Below, in pieces: positions 1-13,154 of a stretch of DNA of 64,000 nt (position 1 is its first letter; each line of letters starts with the position of its first letter). The DNA is taken from NCBI RefSeq assembly GCF_006345805.1, contig NC_043021.1:28644001-28708000 (forward strand), in the 5' to 3' direction. Under the pieces are notes generated by a model. The model worked only from the letters and a program-made list of their open reading frames with translations, was not told where the DNA came from and ran no database searches. Origin of the DNA: Octopus sinensis. Its lineage: Eukaryota. The translations under genes and the position numbers were made by a program.

Positions 1-612
1 AAACCACAGACCCACGACTTATACACATACCTATACTAACTTATAAACCTCAATATACACCAAAAACCCACTCCCTCCCCACACAGACAAATTAACACAT
101 ACATCCCAAAACCTAAATAACAAACCCATATGCACATTCACACACAAACACACACACACGCAAAACACACACACACAACAGATACATATACTCCCTCACA
201 TATACGCATATACATACTCACTAAACTCGATATATACAACAATATTTACACACCCACACTCATACAGATAAATAAATTATACAACTAAAAACTCACACAC
301 AATCTCATATACATAAACACTCCAATAAAAAACAACATTAAATACATCGTAATTAACCAGAATATCAAAAATAACAATATGACATAAGGAGAAATAAAAT
401 ACATACTTACAAGTCAGTTTCAAATTATGAAGTGAAATTAAATTCTTAGCCGTTAAAAAAATCAAACCAAAATTACGTTACCATAGAAATATAACTTATG
501 TAAAAAAAGAATACGCGCCATGGAAAGTAAACGTCATTTAAAATTATGAATGGAGAAATAGAATAAATGGAACTAAAAACTATATCCACGTGGCAAACCA
601 ACACTACTTAAA
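1..612 (-). repeat. Inverted fragment of the PLE family B G/T-rich 3' UTR
   Basis: 1-612 is the reverse complement of about 1597-2206 (e.g. AAACCACAGACCCACGACTTATACACATACC vs GGTATGTGTATAAGTCGTGGGTCTGTGGTTT); truncated by the window edge. Confidence 0.85.
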
Positions 613-3600
613 ATTACATGTGAGCCTCAACATATACACCAAACGGCCACTCCCGCCCCATACGGACGAATAAACACATACATCCCCAAAAATGGGCGTA
701 ATCCCACTCACACCAATCATATGTATACAATTATACACACTAGAATAATACATAACTAACCCAAATATACAGAACATATTAAAAATCACCAACAAACCAC
801 CATCACAAATGAAACCTACACCCATACAATGACAAAACTCCCCCCTCCATACCCAATTTACACCCACATAGCAATCCCAATATATTCATCCATACATGGA
901 CGCACGTGCGTGAAGCACATGCACACAATAAATACGTACAACCCCCCAATACACACTCATATACATACGTATCAAGCTCGACATCCACAGCAATACGCTT
1001 ACACCCACTCACACCCAGATGGGTGAATTGCACAACCAGGGAACGCACACACACACGTGTGCGTATTTTGATTGTGCAACTCGCCCATATGCATGTATGC
1101 GGGCGCGATTACATTGTTGCACATATCGAGCCCAACTAGCATGCATATGTACATGTGAGGGGGTACACGTACATGCCGTGCGCGTGTACCCCCTGCATTT
1201 ATACCCGTGCGTGAATATCACTGGAGACTACCACACAGGTACAAATGTGTATAGTAATGGGAGCCCCATCACTACACTCAATGTATAATCTCACCCATCC
1301 GCACGGATGTGAAAGCGAATCTCCGTGTATATGTTGAGGCTTATATGTAGCGCTGTGGAGGTGAACGTCGTTGAAATTGTGAATGAATGGGTGGAGTTGG
1401 GAATTGTAACCGGGTGGTGGGCTAGCGTTGCTTGGAATTGGGAATGGAATAGTGTAGTAGTAAGGCAGGCATCGAGAATAGATTTGGGTTACTGCAAGTT
1501 GTTTGTTAGAGCTGCTAAGATGAGCTAAAGCTCATAATTGTATATAATAATTTATTATGGTAGTTTTATTAAAGAATCCATTCATAATAAATTTTTTTAA
1601 GTAGTGTTGGTTTGCCACGTGGATATAGTTTTTTAGTTCCATTTATTCTATTTCTCCATTCATAATTTTAAATGACGTTTACTTTCCATGGCGCGTATTC
1701 TTTTTTTACATAAGTTATATTTCTATGGTAACGTAATTTTGGTTTGGTTTTTTTAACGGCTAAGAATTTAATTTCACTTCATAATTTGAAACTGACTTGT
1801 AAGTATGTATTTTATTTCTCCTTATGTCATATTGTTATTTTTGATATTCTGGTTAATTACGATGTATTTAATGTTGTTTTTTTATTGGAGTGTTTATGTA
1901 TATGAGATTGTGTGTGAGTTTTTAGTTGTATAATTTATTTATCTGTATGAGTGTGGGTGTGTAAATATTGTTGTATATATCGAGTTTAGTGAGTATGTAT
2001 ATGCGTATATGTGAGGGAGTATATGTATCTGTTGTGTGTGTGGTTTTGCGTGTGTGTGTGTTTGTGTGTGAATGTGCATATGGGTTTGTTATTTAGGTTT
2101 TGGGATGTATGTGTTAATTTGTCTGTGTGGGGAGGGAGTGGGTTTTTGGTGTATATTGAGGTTTATAAGTTAGAGGTATGTGTATAAGTCGTGGGTCTGT
2201 GGTTTACGTGTGTGTTTTTTGTGTGTGAATGTTTAGGTTAGGGGGATTGCTATATAGTTTGTTATAGAGTTTAGCAAAGGGAGATTTATATCGTTATATG
2301 TTTTTAAGAGTTTTGGTTTATCATGGTTTTTTTTTAGGGAATTCGTGGCAATTTGTCTATTTTCGATGTTGGTTGTTTTATTACATTGTTTCATTCATAA
2401 TTTTTGAGTGGTGTTCGTTTTGCCACGTGAATATTATTTTTAATTCCATTTATTCGATTTCTCCATTCATTATTTTAAAAGATGTTCGTTTCCAGAGGGG
2501 TTATACTTTTTATACATATGTTAAGTTCCTTGGTAAAGTAATTTTGTTTGGTGTATATGTTGAGGCGTATATGTACTTGTGGGTGTGTGTGAGTGGGGTG
2601 GGTGTTTGTATTTGTTATGGGTGTGTGGTTTACGTGTGTGTATTTGTGTGTGAATGTATAGGTTAAAGGGATTGCTATATAAGTATGTTATAGTGTTTAG
2701 TAAAGGGAGGTTTTATCATTTATGTTTGTGAGTTTTAGCTTATCATGGTAGTTTTATAAAAGAATCCATTCATAATTTTTGTGTTTATTTGTCTGTGTGG
2801 GGTTGAGTGGGTTTTTGGAGTATATGTTGAGGTTTATATATGTATAGGTATGTGTAAGTGGTGTGGGTATTTGTATATGTCGTGGGTGTGTGGTTTACGT
2901 GTGTGTATTTCTGTGTGAATGTTTAGGTTAGGGGGATTGCTATATAGGTATGTTATAGAGTTTAGTAAAGGGAGATTTTATCATTATATGTTTTTATGAG
3001 TTTTGGTTTATCATGGTAGGTTTGTTAAGGAATTCGTAGTAATTTGTGTCTATTTGCGATGTCTGTTGTTTTATTGCATTGTTTCATTCATAATTTTTAA
3101 GTAGTGTTCGTTTTACCAAGTGAATATAATTTTTAATTCCATTTATTCCATTTCTCCGTTCATAATTTTAAGTGATGTCGTTTTTCTAGAGCGTGAATGT
3201 GGGTTGTATGTGTGTGTGTGTGAGTATGAATAAGTATTGTGTTGAAGTATTTAGCTATTTTATTTATTTATAGTTGCCTAGACGTTTTTATGTGTATGTA
3301 TAGGGATATATATAGGTGTGTGATTTAGTGTATGTAGTTAGATTATGGTTATATATAATTAGGTATATGTGTATGGGTTGTATATATAGTTTATTATATA
3401 TTATTATTATTTTTGTTTTGTTTTATATTTTATATTTTATATTTTATATTTTATATTTAATTGTTGATAGGTTTATTTAGTTTATATTTGTTATATATTG
3501 ATTATATATGGATTATATATAGGTTATATATGGATTATATATTTATATTTTTTCATTCATACTTTAATTATTTTAAAATTATTATTTATATTTTAAAATA

Positions 3601-3835
3601 TTGATATTTTAGATTGGAAGTCCACCTGAAGATTGTCGATCAAGACAAGAAACAATTGTAGTGGCGGTTTTTTTTGACTATTTATTAAAATTTTATGTAT
3701 TGATTAAGTCTTCCTTGTTTGTTTTGCAAAATAGGGTTTGTCTCTAATAATATTTTATAATATTTTACTATAAAATGGATTTAATCCTAAATCTGTTTTT
3801 TCCCTGTAAATTTGGATTTATTCCCAATATTTATT
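613..3835 (+). mobile_element. PLE family B pseudo-LTR (modular 3' UTR, HHR, 5' leader), no ORF
   Basis: Colinear with 61320-63400 and 57660-58800, which precede a PLE RT ORF; ends at (TA)n at 3836. Confidence 0.8.
3622..3664 (+). ncRNA. Type I hammerhead ribozyme (PLE family B)
   Basis: CCAC-CTGAAGA-TTGTC/GACAA stem II-GAAA-CAATTG-TA-GTGG: complete core, stem I CCAC/GTGG, palindromic stem III, GUA cleavage triplet. Confidence 0.85.
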
Positions 3836-3843
3836 ATATATAT

Positions 3844-3900
<57 letters not shown>
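3836..3900. repeat. (TA)n microsatellite between the 3' ends of PLE B and PLE A
   Basis: Direct reading. Confidence 0.95.
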
Positions 3901-3928
3901 CTTTTATTTTAAGCAGCAGAAAATTCAA

Positions 3929-3978
3929 CAAAATCTGTTACTCTGAGTTTCTCGTTGCCGTTCATCAGACAGTTTTGC
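3929..3978 (-). ncRNA. Minimal type I hammerhead ribozyme (PLE family A)
   Basis: Minus strand CAAAACTGT-CTGATGA-ACGGCAACGA-GAAA-CTCAGAG-TA-ACAGATTTTG; 2-bp stem II with GCAA loop closed by an A.A mismatch; essentially identical copy at 54501-54550. Confidence 0.75.
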
Positions 3979-4980
3979 TAGAATGGAACTTATATATTAA
4001 TTCAATCTATACTCTTACAAACGCTACATCTTTAAAAAGAAATGGACTTGTTTGATTGGTCCTTTAGAAAAAACGGTCAATCTTCGAGCGATAAACAAAA
4101 AGGTCAAAAATATATGTATATATATATAAAAAAACTTATAAAAATTATAAAATCCGAGGAAAACCCGAGGAAAAAACCTATTGCCGTTAATGAAGACAGT
4201 ACAAATTAATGCATAGAAATTAAACCTGTTATAAATACTGCAATACATATTTATATTAAAATCCACATATATATATCAACATACACAAAAGGATGCGCGT
4301 AAACGCCATACATACATATACAGACGTATGAATATGAATCTAAATTATACACATAAAAGCATGTGTACATATATTCACGCAAACCGTCTCGCACGCAAGC
4401 TAAAATTCATCTATGTAGCAATTCTCATATACTGAGAAAGGAGGGGGAACGAAAGAAAGGGAAAGAGAGAAAAATGAACGAAGGAGGGGTGGGGAAAAAA
4501 CTTGTAGCGATGTTATTGGCATCTATAGAGGCCAGTATACATACGCAAGTTTGAATTGATACATATACATATCGTCGTGTGTATGCGTGCTTAAGCACAA
4601 GCATACTTTCACTTAGACATACACAGATACGCATGCTTACAAATACATATGCTTTGCTATACACATACTTATATAAACATTCTAATTTTGACAACATTGC
4701 TTTTTTTTAAAAAAAACATTGCTTTTAAAAAATGGGTGCATTAATAAAAATATATACGAAAGACATATAAAATAAAAATAAACATCCTATTTTGGGTCAT
4801 TTATAAATAATCAAGGTAATATAAATAATCAAGGTAATCCTATGCAATACAATAACATGAAAACAAAGTTTGTAGGTTTTTCCTAATATATATGTAGAAA
4901 CAATAAGACTTTGCTATAGATCCGTCGTAGCGCTCAAGAGTCAAAATCAAAATCAAAAATCAAAATACAAAATATATACT

Positions 4981-6768
4981 CTATCCATATGGTATATTTA
5001 TATTCGACATTTTGAATTTAGCCGCATGCCTACATAAGTTCATTAACTCACTTCTTTGATTCAAAGAATTATTGTCTTTGAATAAGATGTGCATTTTCTC
5101 TAATAAGCAAAGCCTGCACTTGAAATTATATTTGTAAGCTCCATGCCTGTATGGTGCCGCCCTGTCCAGAATGCTCCATGTCACGTTGAAAGGTGGGGCT
5201 TCCTTTTCTTTTAGTTCCCAGACATATTTTGCTAGGCTGGTTTTCTTCCTATTCTCTGGGTATTTAAAAGAATTCTTATGAGAATAAAATCTTGTTTTAA
5301 ATGAATTTTCTGAAGCCCCTGTGTATGTCTTGTATTCCGATGAGCCTTCCACTTGCACCTTGGCTCTATAAACTACTCCTTTCACTAGACATTTCCCTTC
5401 TAACGGACAGGAGCTTTCGTTTTTGAAATTACATTTCTTAATGAGCTCGGCACCATGTCTAATCTCAAATAGCTTCCTATTATGTTGGCTAATGTAAGAG
5501 GCGAAATTTCTGCAACAAGAATAGCTAACCTTCAGGGTTCTTCTATTAAATATTCTGTAGAATTTATGACCCTGCTTAAAATGCTTAGAGACTAATCTCA
5601 AAAATTCCTTACCTATATTAGTCTTTACGGCCAAATTGAAAGCCGGGTTGAACCACAAAACTTTCCTGGTCCTAGTTCTTCGTGCAGCATTATTATTAGC
5701 ATTAAGCTGGTTGAACTGGATCTTCTCCGAGAATCCACTATTCTTTAATGCGCTATCGTAATAAGGTGCAGCATTATGGAATGCTGCCTCGTCCGAAGAA
5801 ATTGAAGATATTCTTCTACCTACATTGCTGACTAAGTTGCTAAGGATAACTGGTGGATGGTTCGAATCTTTGCTAATATACGATAGCTTTTCATTGGGCT
5901 TACGGAAAGGTTTAAATCTATCCGATCTTACATTAAAATTTACGTCTAAAAAATCTACACTATTCAGGTTAGCATCTATCGTAATCCGTAAGCCCATCCT
6001 TTGAAAGAAAGCTATAAGGTCCTTCCTAAGTCTATCTGATTCATGGCCGTTTAGATTATGCGTGGCTATAAGGCCGTCATCCCTATATAGACCTGCATCT
6101 ATAAATGGGAATTCTAGTTTTAGATTATGGAGAATAAAGGCTCCTATGAGCATACATAATTCAGCCCCGTCGTATGCCCCCATCGGTACATCGAAAAGAG
6201 AATCCTCAGTCTTCTTAATCCAGGTGGAATCCTCGAAAAACAGAAGCGATTTCCTCGCATGCATAATAATTTCAATTTCCGAGCTATCGATGTTGACATA
6301 CTGCTTGGCGAAGTCCAATGCCCTTAGGAGCAACGTCCTAGATATCGACGGGTAAAAGTCAATAATGTCGAATTGTGTGAAACTACAATTATTCTTATAG
6401 CTAATACCTTTAAACCACTCTATAACTGACTTACTATTCTTCCAAATTCTCAAATCTACTTCACTATCTAACTTAACTAAAATACGGTCCAAAATATTTT
6501 TGCTAATAATTCCTATCTCAGTTTTAGCCGGATTTATCAATCTACATTTGGGGTTTCTACTAAAATTGTCTTTATGGTCTTTCAGAGTAATAAAAGCTGG
6601 TCGTGGTGAAAGGTATTCAATCCTATCGCTAATCTTAAGATCGTTAGCTATTCCTCTTGCTTCTAAGTTCACCTCTTTGTATATATTCGTGTTGTCCTTT
6701 TTGTATGTGTCCGTGACACTATTCGAAATGAGGCGTTTATAAACGTCCTTATCAAGTGCATATAAGTT
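4981..6768 (-). CDS. PLE reverse transcriptase plus GIY-YIG endonuclease, N-terminally truncated
   Basis: Motifs SDKTRNLY (in frame upstream of the called GTG start), [59 protein letters not shown]; the Cys knuckle reads CNF rather than CxC. Confidence 0.9.
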   Translation of the reverse strand, partial: NLYALDKDVYKRLISNSVTDTYKKDNTNIYKEVNLEARGIANDLKISDRIEYLSPRPAFITLKDHKDNFSRNPKCRLINPAKTEIGIISKNILDRILVKLDSEVDLRIWKNSKSVIEWFKGISYKNNCSFTQFDIIDFYPSISRTLLLRALDFAKQYVNIDSSEIEIIMHARKSLLFFEDSTWIKKTEDSLFDVPMGAYDGAELCMLIGAFILHNLKLEFPFIDAGLYRDDGLIATHNLNGHESDRLRKDLIAFFQRMGLRITIDANLNSVDFLDVNFNVRSDRFKPFRKPNEKLSYISKDSNHPPVILSNLVSNVGRRISSISSDEAAFHNAAPYYDSALKNSGFSEKIQFNQLNANNNAARRTRTRKVLWFNPAFNLAVKTNIGKEFLRLVSKHFKQGHKFYRIFNRRTLKVSYSCCRNFASYISQHNRKLFEIRHGAELIKKCNFKNESSCPLEGKCLVKGVVYRAKVQVEGSSEYKTYTGASENSFKTRFYSHKNSFKYPENRKKTSLAKYVWELKEKEAPPFNVTWSILDRAAPYRHGAYKYNFKCRLCLLEKMHILFKDNNSLNQRSELMNLCRHAAKFKMSNINIPYG

Positions 6769-6785
6769 CCTTGTCTTGTCAGAAT

Positions 6786-6817
<32 letters not shown>

Positions 6818-6880
6818 TGTATGTATGTATGTATGTATGTGTGTATGTATGTATGTATGTATGTATGTATGCATGTATGT
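6768..6880. repeat. (TATG)n microsatellite
   Basis: Direct reading. Confidence 0.95.
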
Positions 6881-7765
6881 GTATTATTTATATTATCATA
6901 TGATTGAACGCCATATTGTGTTGTATTGTGTGATGTAGTGCATCGCAGTTACTTGCTGTTGCATATGAATGTTCAGCTGTTGGGAGAATATCATACTAGT
7001 TGCAGCCGTGAAGATTATAACTTTTATATTTGCAATCAAATATATAAACCACAAGGAAATTAGTCGTAGATTCTTTTCAAGTTTCTTATACATGAGTGTA
7101 TTTGTAATATTTTATTACAATCTTTATGGATTGGAGCAGTAAATTGTGTGTAGTGTTTCATGAAGTTTTTTTTCTAATGTGTCTATTCCATTTGATTCAT
7201 ATAATACACTTTTTGTGAGATTTGTTTGATTTGAGCCGGTGTAGTGTCTGACGCATTTACTGTGTTGAATTTTTGCTTTACATTCTATGACCTTGTACCA
7301 TTATTCAGTTTAACTAACCGTTCTTGACTTGCATTTGTTTCATACTGTATGTTTTATAGATTCTGTAGCTACGTCTATTTACTTTGTCGATTGAGGAGGA
7401 AAGTTTAAATGTTCTTTTACGTAGATTTCACTACACACTGATAATTTGTATACATGTTGATATTTCATTGTTTGCCTGTAAGTAGAGATATAGTGATTTG
7501 TTTGGAACAAAATAATTCAAACTGTATTATTCGTGGTTAAAAAAACGGGTTATTGTCGAGCCCGGAGTGATATTTGTACAGTTCTGCAAGCTGGATTCTA
7601 GTGCGGTATTCTATTCCTGTCCTTCCGTTTATTTCTCGACATCTTCTAGTGTGTCCTTTATGATGAACATTCATGTATACATATAGACAATGCATGCATA
7701 TATTCATCTGAACACATGTGTATATATATATATATACGCACACAACTATATATATGTATATATAT

Positions 7766-7826
<61 letters not shown>

Positions 7827-8270
7827 GCATATATCTGAACATATCCTTTTTTACTTGTTTCAGTGCACCAGTATATATATATGTTTACAGCCATACATAC
7901 TATGTAGGTGTGAGAATGTATCTATGTGCTTCTTGCTGTTATACGTCTATCTACAGGTAATTACGCATGAATCTATGGAAAATTGTCTTCCGAAGAGGAA
8001 AGTCTGGAGGGGATCCCATTCACCAGCATATTACCATAATCAAGTTAATGAATTAAAAATTTTAATTGGGCGAGTTGTCTTCCAGATTCTTAGATAATTA
8101 GCTTTTATTATTAACTAAACTCTGTAGTTGGAGATGGACGTTGAAGTTTTATTATTCCAAACAAGATGCATAAAACTCACGTGAGAGTAGGAAATCGAGA
8201 ATGCGCTAAAAATAAAAGGCAAAACTACAACATATCTGAGTTTTCAATAAATGTTTAAGAGGAATAACGC

Positions 8271-8271
8271 G

Positions 8272-8340
<69 letters not shown>
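8271..8340. repeat. (TA)n microsatellite at the 3' end of PLE family C
   Basis: Direct reading. Confidence 0.95.
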
Positions 8341-8343
<3 letters not shown>

Positions 8344-8483
8344 CAATAAAGATTCAAGTTAATTTAAATGAATTTACTTGAATATGGTACCTAACTTAGA
8401 TGCACCAAAAAACTATACGGTTTTAACAATACAGTAATGTGGGGTGATTATAAGCGAGAAAGAAGCAACAAGAATGGATAGGT

Positions 8484-8574
8484 TTTTAGTACAATCGTTT
8501 CATACAAGGTCAGGCTTTATTAAAAGTTGCAAAAATTGCAGCATATAAACGTGCCCCGTACTCATCAGCTAAAA
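8484..8574 (-). ncRNA. Type I hammerhead ribozyme with 60-nt stem II (PLE family C)
   Basis: Minus strand TTTTAG-CTGATGA-GTACGGGG...CCTTGTAT-GAAA-CGATTG-TA-CTAAAA; stem I TTTTAG/CTAAAA. Confidence 0.75.
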
Positions 8575-10025
8575 TACATGTGAGTTCTCTAGACATCCTA
8601 GTGGTTGAGGCTATACTCATGAAGTAATGTAGATAATTAAGTAACATAAACAGATTTTCAAAGTTCATTAAAGTTCTTTAAAGATGGTGTACAGTCTTAT
8701 CACAGAATTTTAAAAAAGTTTTAATAGCATCACAGAGAAGGTGACTTAATCCATATTGTACATATGAATTTCCAGAGATATGAGGAGGGATTACATACTC
8801 ACAGACGACAAATTTATCCATTGTTAATCACAACGAGGTGGGTCTCAATTCCTGCTTATTAGCATTACAGAGAGGGTGAATTAATCCTTTGTATAGATGC
8901 ACAATTTCCAATGGTGTAGATGTAAATTTCCAGAGAAATGAAGAGGAATTTCATATTCACAGGCGATAAATTTATCAATGGTTGAACACAATGAGGTAGG
9001 TATCACTTCTTGCTATATGATTAGGTATTTGCCACATTAACCACATTACTGCTATTTACAAGAGACTGTAGCTATTTAACTTTTAAAGGCTGAAGGGCTT
9101 TCTAGAGAGGCAAAGAACAGAAAAGGGAAGGAAAGAGAAGAAAAGAGAGAAAATAAAGGAGGAGGGAGCAAAAAGGGGGGGGACTAAAAGAGAAGAGAAA
9201 AGGAAAAAGAAAAAAAGAAAAAGAGAATAAGAAGAAGAGAAAAGAGAAAGAAATAGGGAAAGAAGGGAAAAAAGAAAAAGAAAAAAAGAGGGTTCTAGTT
9301 ATACAGAAGAATTAGTAGACGACAAGTCTGGTTTTAATTTACAGGCATCTAGGAACTAGAGGAGAATATTATTCTTTGACCAGTAAAACAGCTAATTTAT
9401 TGCTGTTGAAAGCAGCTATGAATTTAAAGAGAATCTAAAGAGATAACACGGTCAGGGGTTTAGGGGTCAGAGGCTAAAATCAAAAGAAAATACATTAGGA
9501 AAATCTAAGTATAATCTTATCAAAAAGTCATTAAAATTTATTTATTTAATTTATTCATTATACTGTCTTAAGGAGTTGCCGTTATTATTCATACATTGAC
9601 GGACTACAGGTCAAATCTTAGAAGATCATTTACAAGGTGTTAGGGAATTGTCTATCATAATGAAGATAATCATATTATTACCGAGGGAGTAGCCTTATTT
9701 ATTTAATTTTGAAATAGAATTATGGGGCTTTATTAACTCATTTTAATTTTATTAAAGTTATGCTACTTAAATTAGATTAAGTTAAGAATTAAAAATTAAA
9801 ATTAAGATTTAAAATTAAGAATTAAAATTATGAGTTTGAAATTAAATAAAGCCTCAATTAAGCAGCGTATAAGTACTATTCATTTCCCTGTTCTCAAAAA
9901 ACTGATGCAGATATAAGGAAAAAGATAACTGTAGTGTGAGAACTCTTAGTTATCTACTTAAAGTAGTGCTATACTAGTAAAAATCAAGTTATATCTATCT
10001 ATCTATCTAGTTACGAATATTCTAA

Positions 10026-11400
10026 TCATTTAAAATATTTTAAAGTCTTCAATTTAGCGTGGACACAAACTTGACCTAGTTCGATATGGTTATTCAATAA
10101 GTTTCTATGTTTTCTATGCTTTAGAATTTCATACGTCTCCATGGAGCATAGTTGGCAACCAACCCTGCTATTTTTATACGGAATTGCTCTACTAACTATT
10201 TCCCAATTAAGGTTATAATTATTATTATTATTTTTGAGTTCCCAGATTTTGTTTGAAAGTGCGGTGGTACCAGCTTTATGACGTAATTTAAAAGACGAGA
10301 TGTGATTTCTAACTCTGGCTAGAAAATTAATTGTACATCCAATGTAAAAATATTTGTTATTCTCCGTGGATGTGGTACATTTATAGATTACATTATTTTC
10401 CCCACATAGACCAGGTGCCGGGCATTTTGATTTTATTCTACACTTACACACAGGAGGAACAACTTCAGGTTTTGGATTATTCTTGGGTAGATGTCTTAGG
10501 TTCCTATTGTTTTGATTATCATGAGTATAATTGTCCTTATTGTTATTAATATTTCTATAGTTGGTGCTGATATCCAAAGTATTGCTATTATTTATTGATC
10601 CTTCTGTTTCATCTTTTAGGTCTAAAGTCCTACCATGATTTCTTATATTATTGGTAATGTTACTATTATTGTTAGTCTTTTTATCCGACTGCATATTGTT
10701 GTTATAGATATCACTGATATTTTCATTCTCCTTATTTTCACCATTAGCCTTATTTCTATTATTTCTATTATTAACATTATTACTTCTATTAATATCGGTA
10801 TTGCTATTATTACTATTAGTGTTAATGTTATTAGTCATTCTGTGGTTACTAATTTTACCCATGTTTTGATAGTTACTATTGCTGTTTTTATTGTTGGTAG
10901 TATTATTATAATTGCTATTGGTATTCATGCTGATATTATTATTTTTATTTCTATCTTTCCTGGCTAGTTTAATGTTGTTATTATTAATCTTAGCTATTAA
11001 AGTGGACATATTTGGGAGGGTTGAATAAGAAATCCTAACTGTTTTCCTAGAAATAATTCTATGATATCTTTGAGAGATTGGGAAATTTTTTTGCAGAATT
11101 ACTTTGAATTTGTTCTGTATATCTGATTGTATCGCACAGTTGAAAGGAATATTCAGCCATAATATATCTTTTTTATTAAATTTAGGGTTCGTAGAATTAT
11201 TACTATTCATCTCACCGGAGTTATTGTATTTATTACCATTATTTTTATTTTTATTTTTATTTGTGTGCATCTTTGGTTTATCTACTTCGATATTATCCGA
11301 GTTACCTATGTTCTGGTCAATGCTTCTATTTGAATTGTTGGGCCTGTACGTTAGATTAGCGTTTACCGTTAATTTAATTCTACTTTTATTTCGGGCTTGG
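10026..11400 (-). pseudogene. PLE family C C-terminal part: Asn-rich linkers and GIY-YIG endonuclease
   Basis: KDILWLNIPF, ISYSTLPNM, CKC..CP..GLC, VIYKC..YIG..R..H..SF, CQLCSME, CVH; the frame extends upstream of the called ATG to the 43-bp duplication. Confidence 0.85.
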
Positions 11401-11439
11401 TCTGTTTACCGTTAATTTAATTCTACTTTTATTTCGGGC

Positions 11440-12699
11440 TTAGCTGCTTACGTGATTACTGATAACTTCTTTATTAGGAATACGTGAGTTCTCCTTATCA
11501 ACGAATGTAATCTTTTGGTTGTATCCAGCCTTAGTTAACGCCGCATTATAATGCTCAGAATGGGAGTTAAATATATCCTTATTGGATGATAATTTTGAAA
11601 TTCTTAATGAAATATTTCTTACTAAAGATTCAATTATATTTGGGGGATGATTTGATAATTTATTTACGTAATTCGTGATTTCGCCTTCCTTTCTAAATGG
11701 GTAATGCAGCTTGGAGTTAAGGTCTAGCGTAATATCTAGGAAGTTAACTATTTTAGTGCCCGGTTCATACGTTATACTGAGGTTGAAATCCTTAAAGAAC
11801 TTATTAATTTTCTTTCTAATCCTTTCTATAACAGATTTATTATTACTAGGGATAACAAACAGAGCATCATCCCTATATAGACCCACCTGTATTTCTGGGA
11901 TATCCTTGCTTATGCATTTTAATAGATATGCGCCTAATAGGTTGGTTACCTCAGCTGAATCACTGGAACCCATTGGTATATCAAAATAATTAGGTGTATC
12001 TGCTCTAGTCCATAATTTATCTTCAAATTCTATAAATGTCTTCCTAGCTAGTAGCACAATATTGATTTCTTCTCTAGATATGAGGGAGCGATTCATGGCA
12101 AATATTAGTGATTTGTTGAGTAAGATAGGGGAAATACTAGAGTAATAACTATTAATATCGAACTGAATAAAGGACAGACTGCTAGTATTAGTTAGAGAGT
12201 TAAACCATTTTAGAACTTCGTCCGTACTTAGCCATAGGTTTAAGGGGAGAAGAGGGGTTATTTGGGGTAGAACAGTATCCAGGATAGATTTACTAAGTCG
12301 GCCAATGTCCGACTTAGTTGGACAGATCAGCCTTACCGAAGGGTTTTCCAAGAAATTCTTTTTGTGGTCTTTAAGGTTGATCCTGGGCTCACACGGTTTA
12401 AGCGGCTCTGTTCTATCCGTTAAATTTAGTTTCTCCATGATCTCTTTCGTTTCCAGGTTTACTTTTTTCAAATTGTTCTTAGTCGTAATTTTATATTTGG
12501 AGTTTAGTTCCTTCCTAATTAATTTGCTATAAAGATCGTAATCAACTCTATACATATTACCCGTTTTATCTGCTGGTACTAGGATTCCATGTTTGCACCG
12601 GGTTGACTGAATAAAGTTACTAAGGTGTCTAAGGTGAGGGTTATAACTTAACGGGTGTTCCTTGAAGCTAATATCATCTATAAGGTTCAGCAAGTCTTT
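11440..12699 (-). pseudogene. PLE family C reverse transcriptase domain
   Basis: ADKTGNMY, KDHKKNF..VRLICPTKS, FDINSYYSSI, PMGSSDS, GLYRDDAL; the first about 58 aa of the ORF-track call are microsatellite artefact. Confidence 0.9.
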
Positions 12700-13085
12700 A
12701 TATATATAGAAAGATAGATAGATATCACACATATACACATATATGTATGCATATGTATATCTATGTATATATATGTGTGTGTATATAGATATTATATACA
12801 TATACATATATGCATATATATATATATATATATATATAATTTTATATATATATGTATATATATATACACACATATATATTTATAAATATATGTATATGTA
12901 TATGCATATCTATATACATACATATAGATATATACATATGCATACGTATATGTGTATATATCTTATTCTATATGTATATGAATGATTTGGTATAAATTTA
13001 TATATGTGCGTGTGTGTATGTGTGTACGTTTGTGAGTTTTTAAAAATACACAGACAGAAAGAGATAACTACCAAAAAGTATACAT

Positions 13086-13151
<66 letters not shown>
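12700..13151. repeat. Compound (TA)n/(TG)n/(TATG)n microsatellite region
   Basis: Direct reading. Confidence 0.9.

Positions 13152-13154
<3 letters not shown>

Larger units (their letters stand above)
3901..6770 (-). mobile_element. Penelope-like element family A (5'-truncated)
   Basis: RT plus GIY-YIG ORF, about 1 kb 3' UTR and a terminal HHR; coding similarity stops at a (TATG)n tract near 6768. Confidence 0.9.
8341..12699 (-). mobile_element. Penelope-like element family C (5'-truncated, disrupted)
   Basis: RT ORF, GIY-YIG ORF, pyrimidine-rich 3' UTR and HHR; bounded by (TA)n on both sides. Confidence 0.9.

Noticed and set aside
7980-8100. CCGAAGA motif inside a long hairpin
   Set aside because: It folds as a simple hairpin, with no GAAA-stem III-NUH in the required position.
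4981-12873. Group II intron, retron or homing-endonuclease genes
   Set aside because: RT with YRDD followed by a C-terminal GIY-YIG, the DKT and KDHK motifs and HHR-bearing UTRs fit Penelope-like elements.
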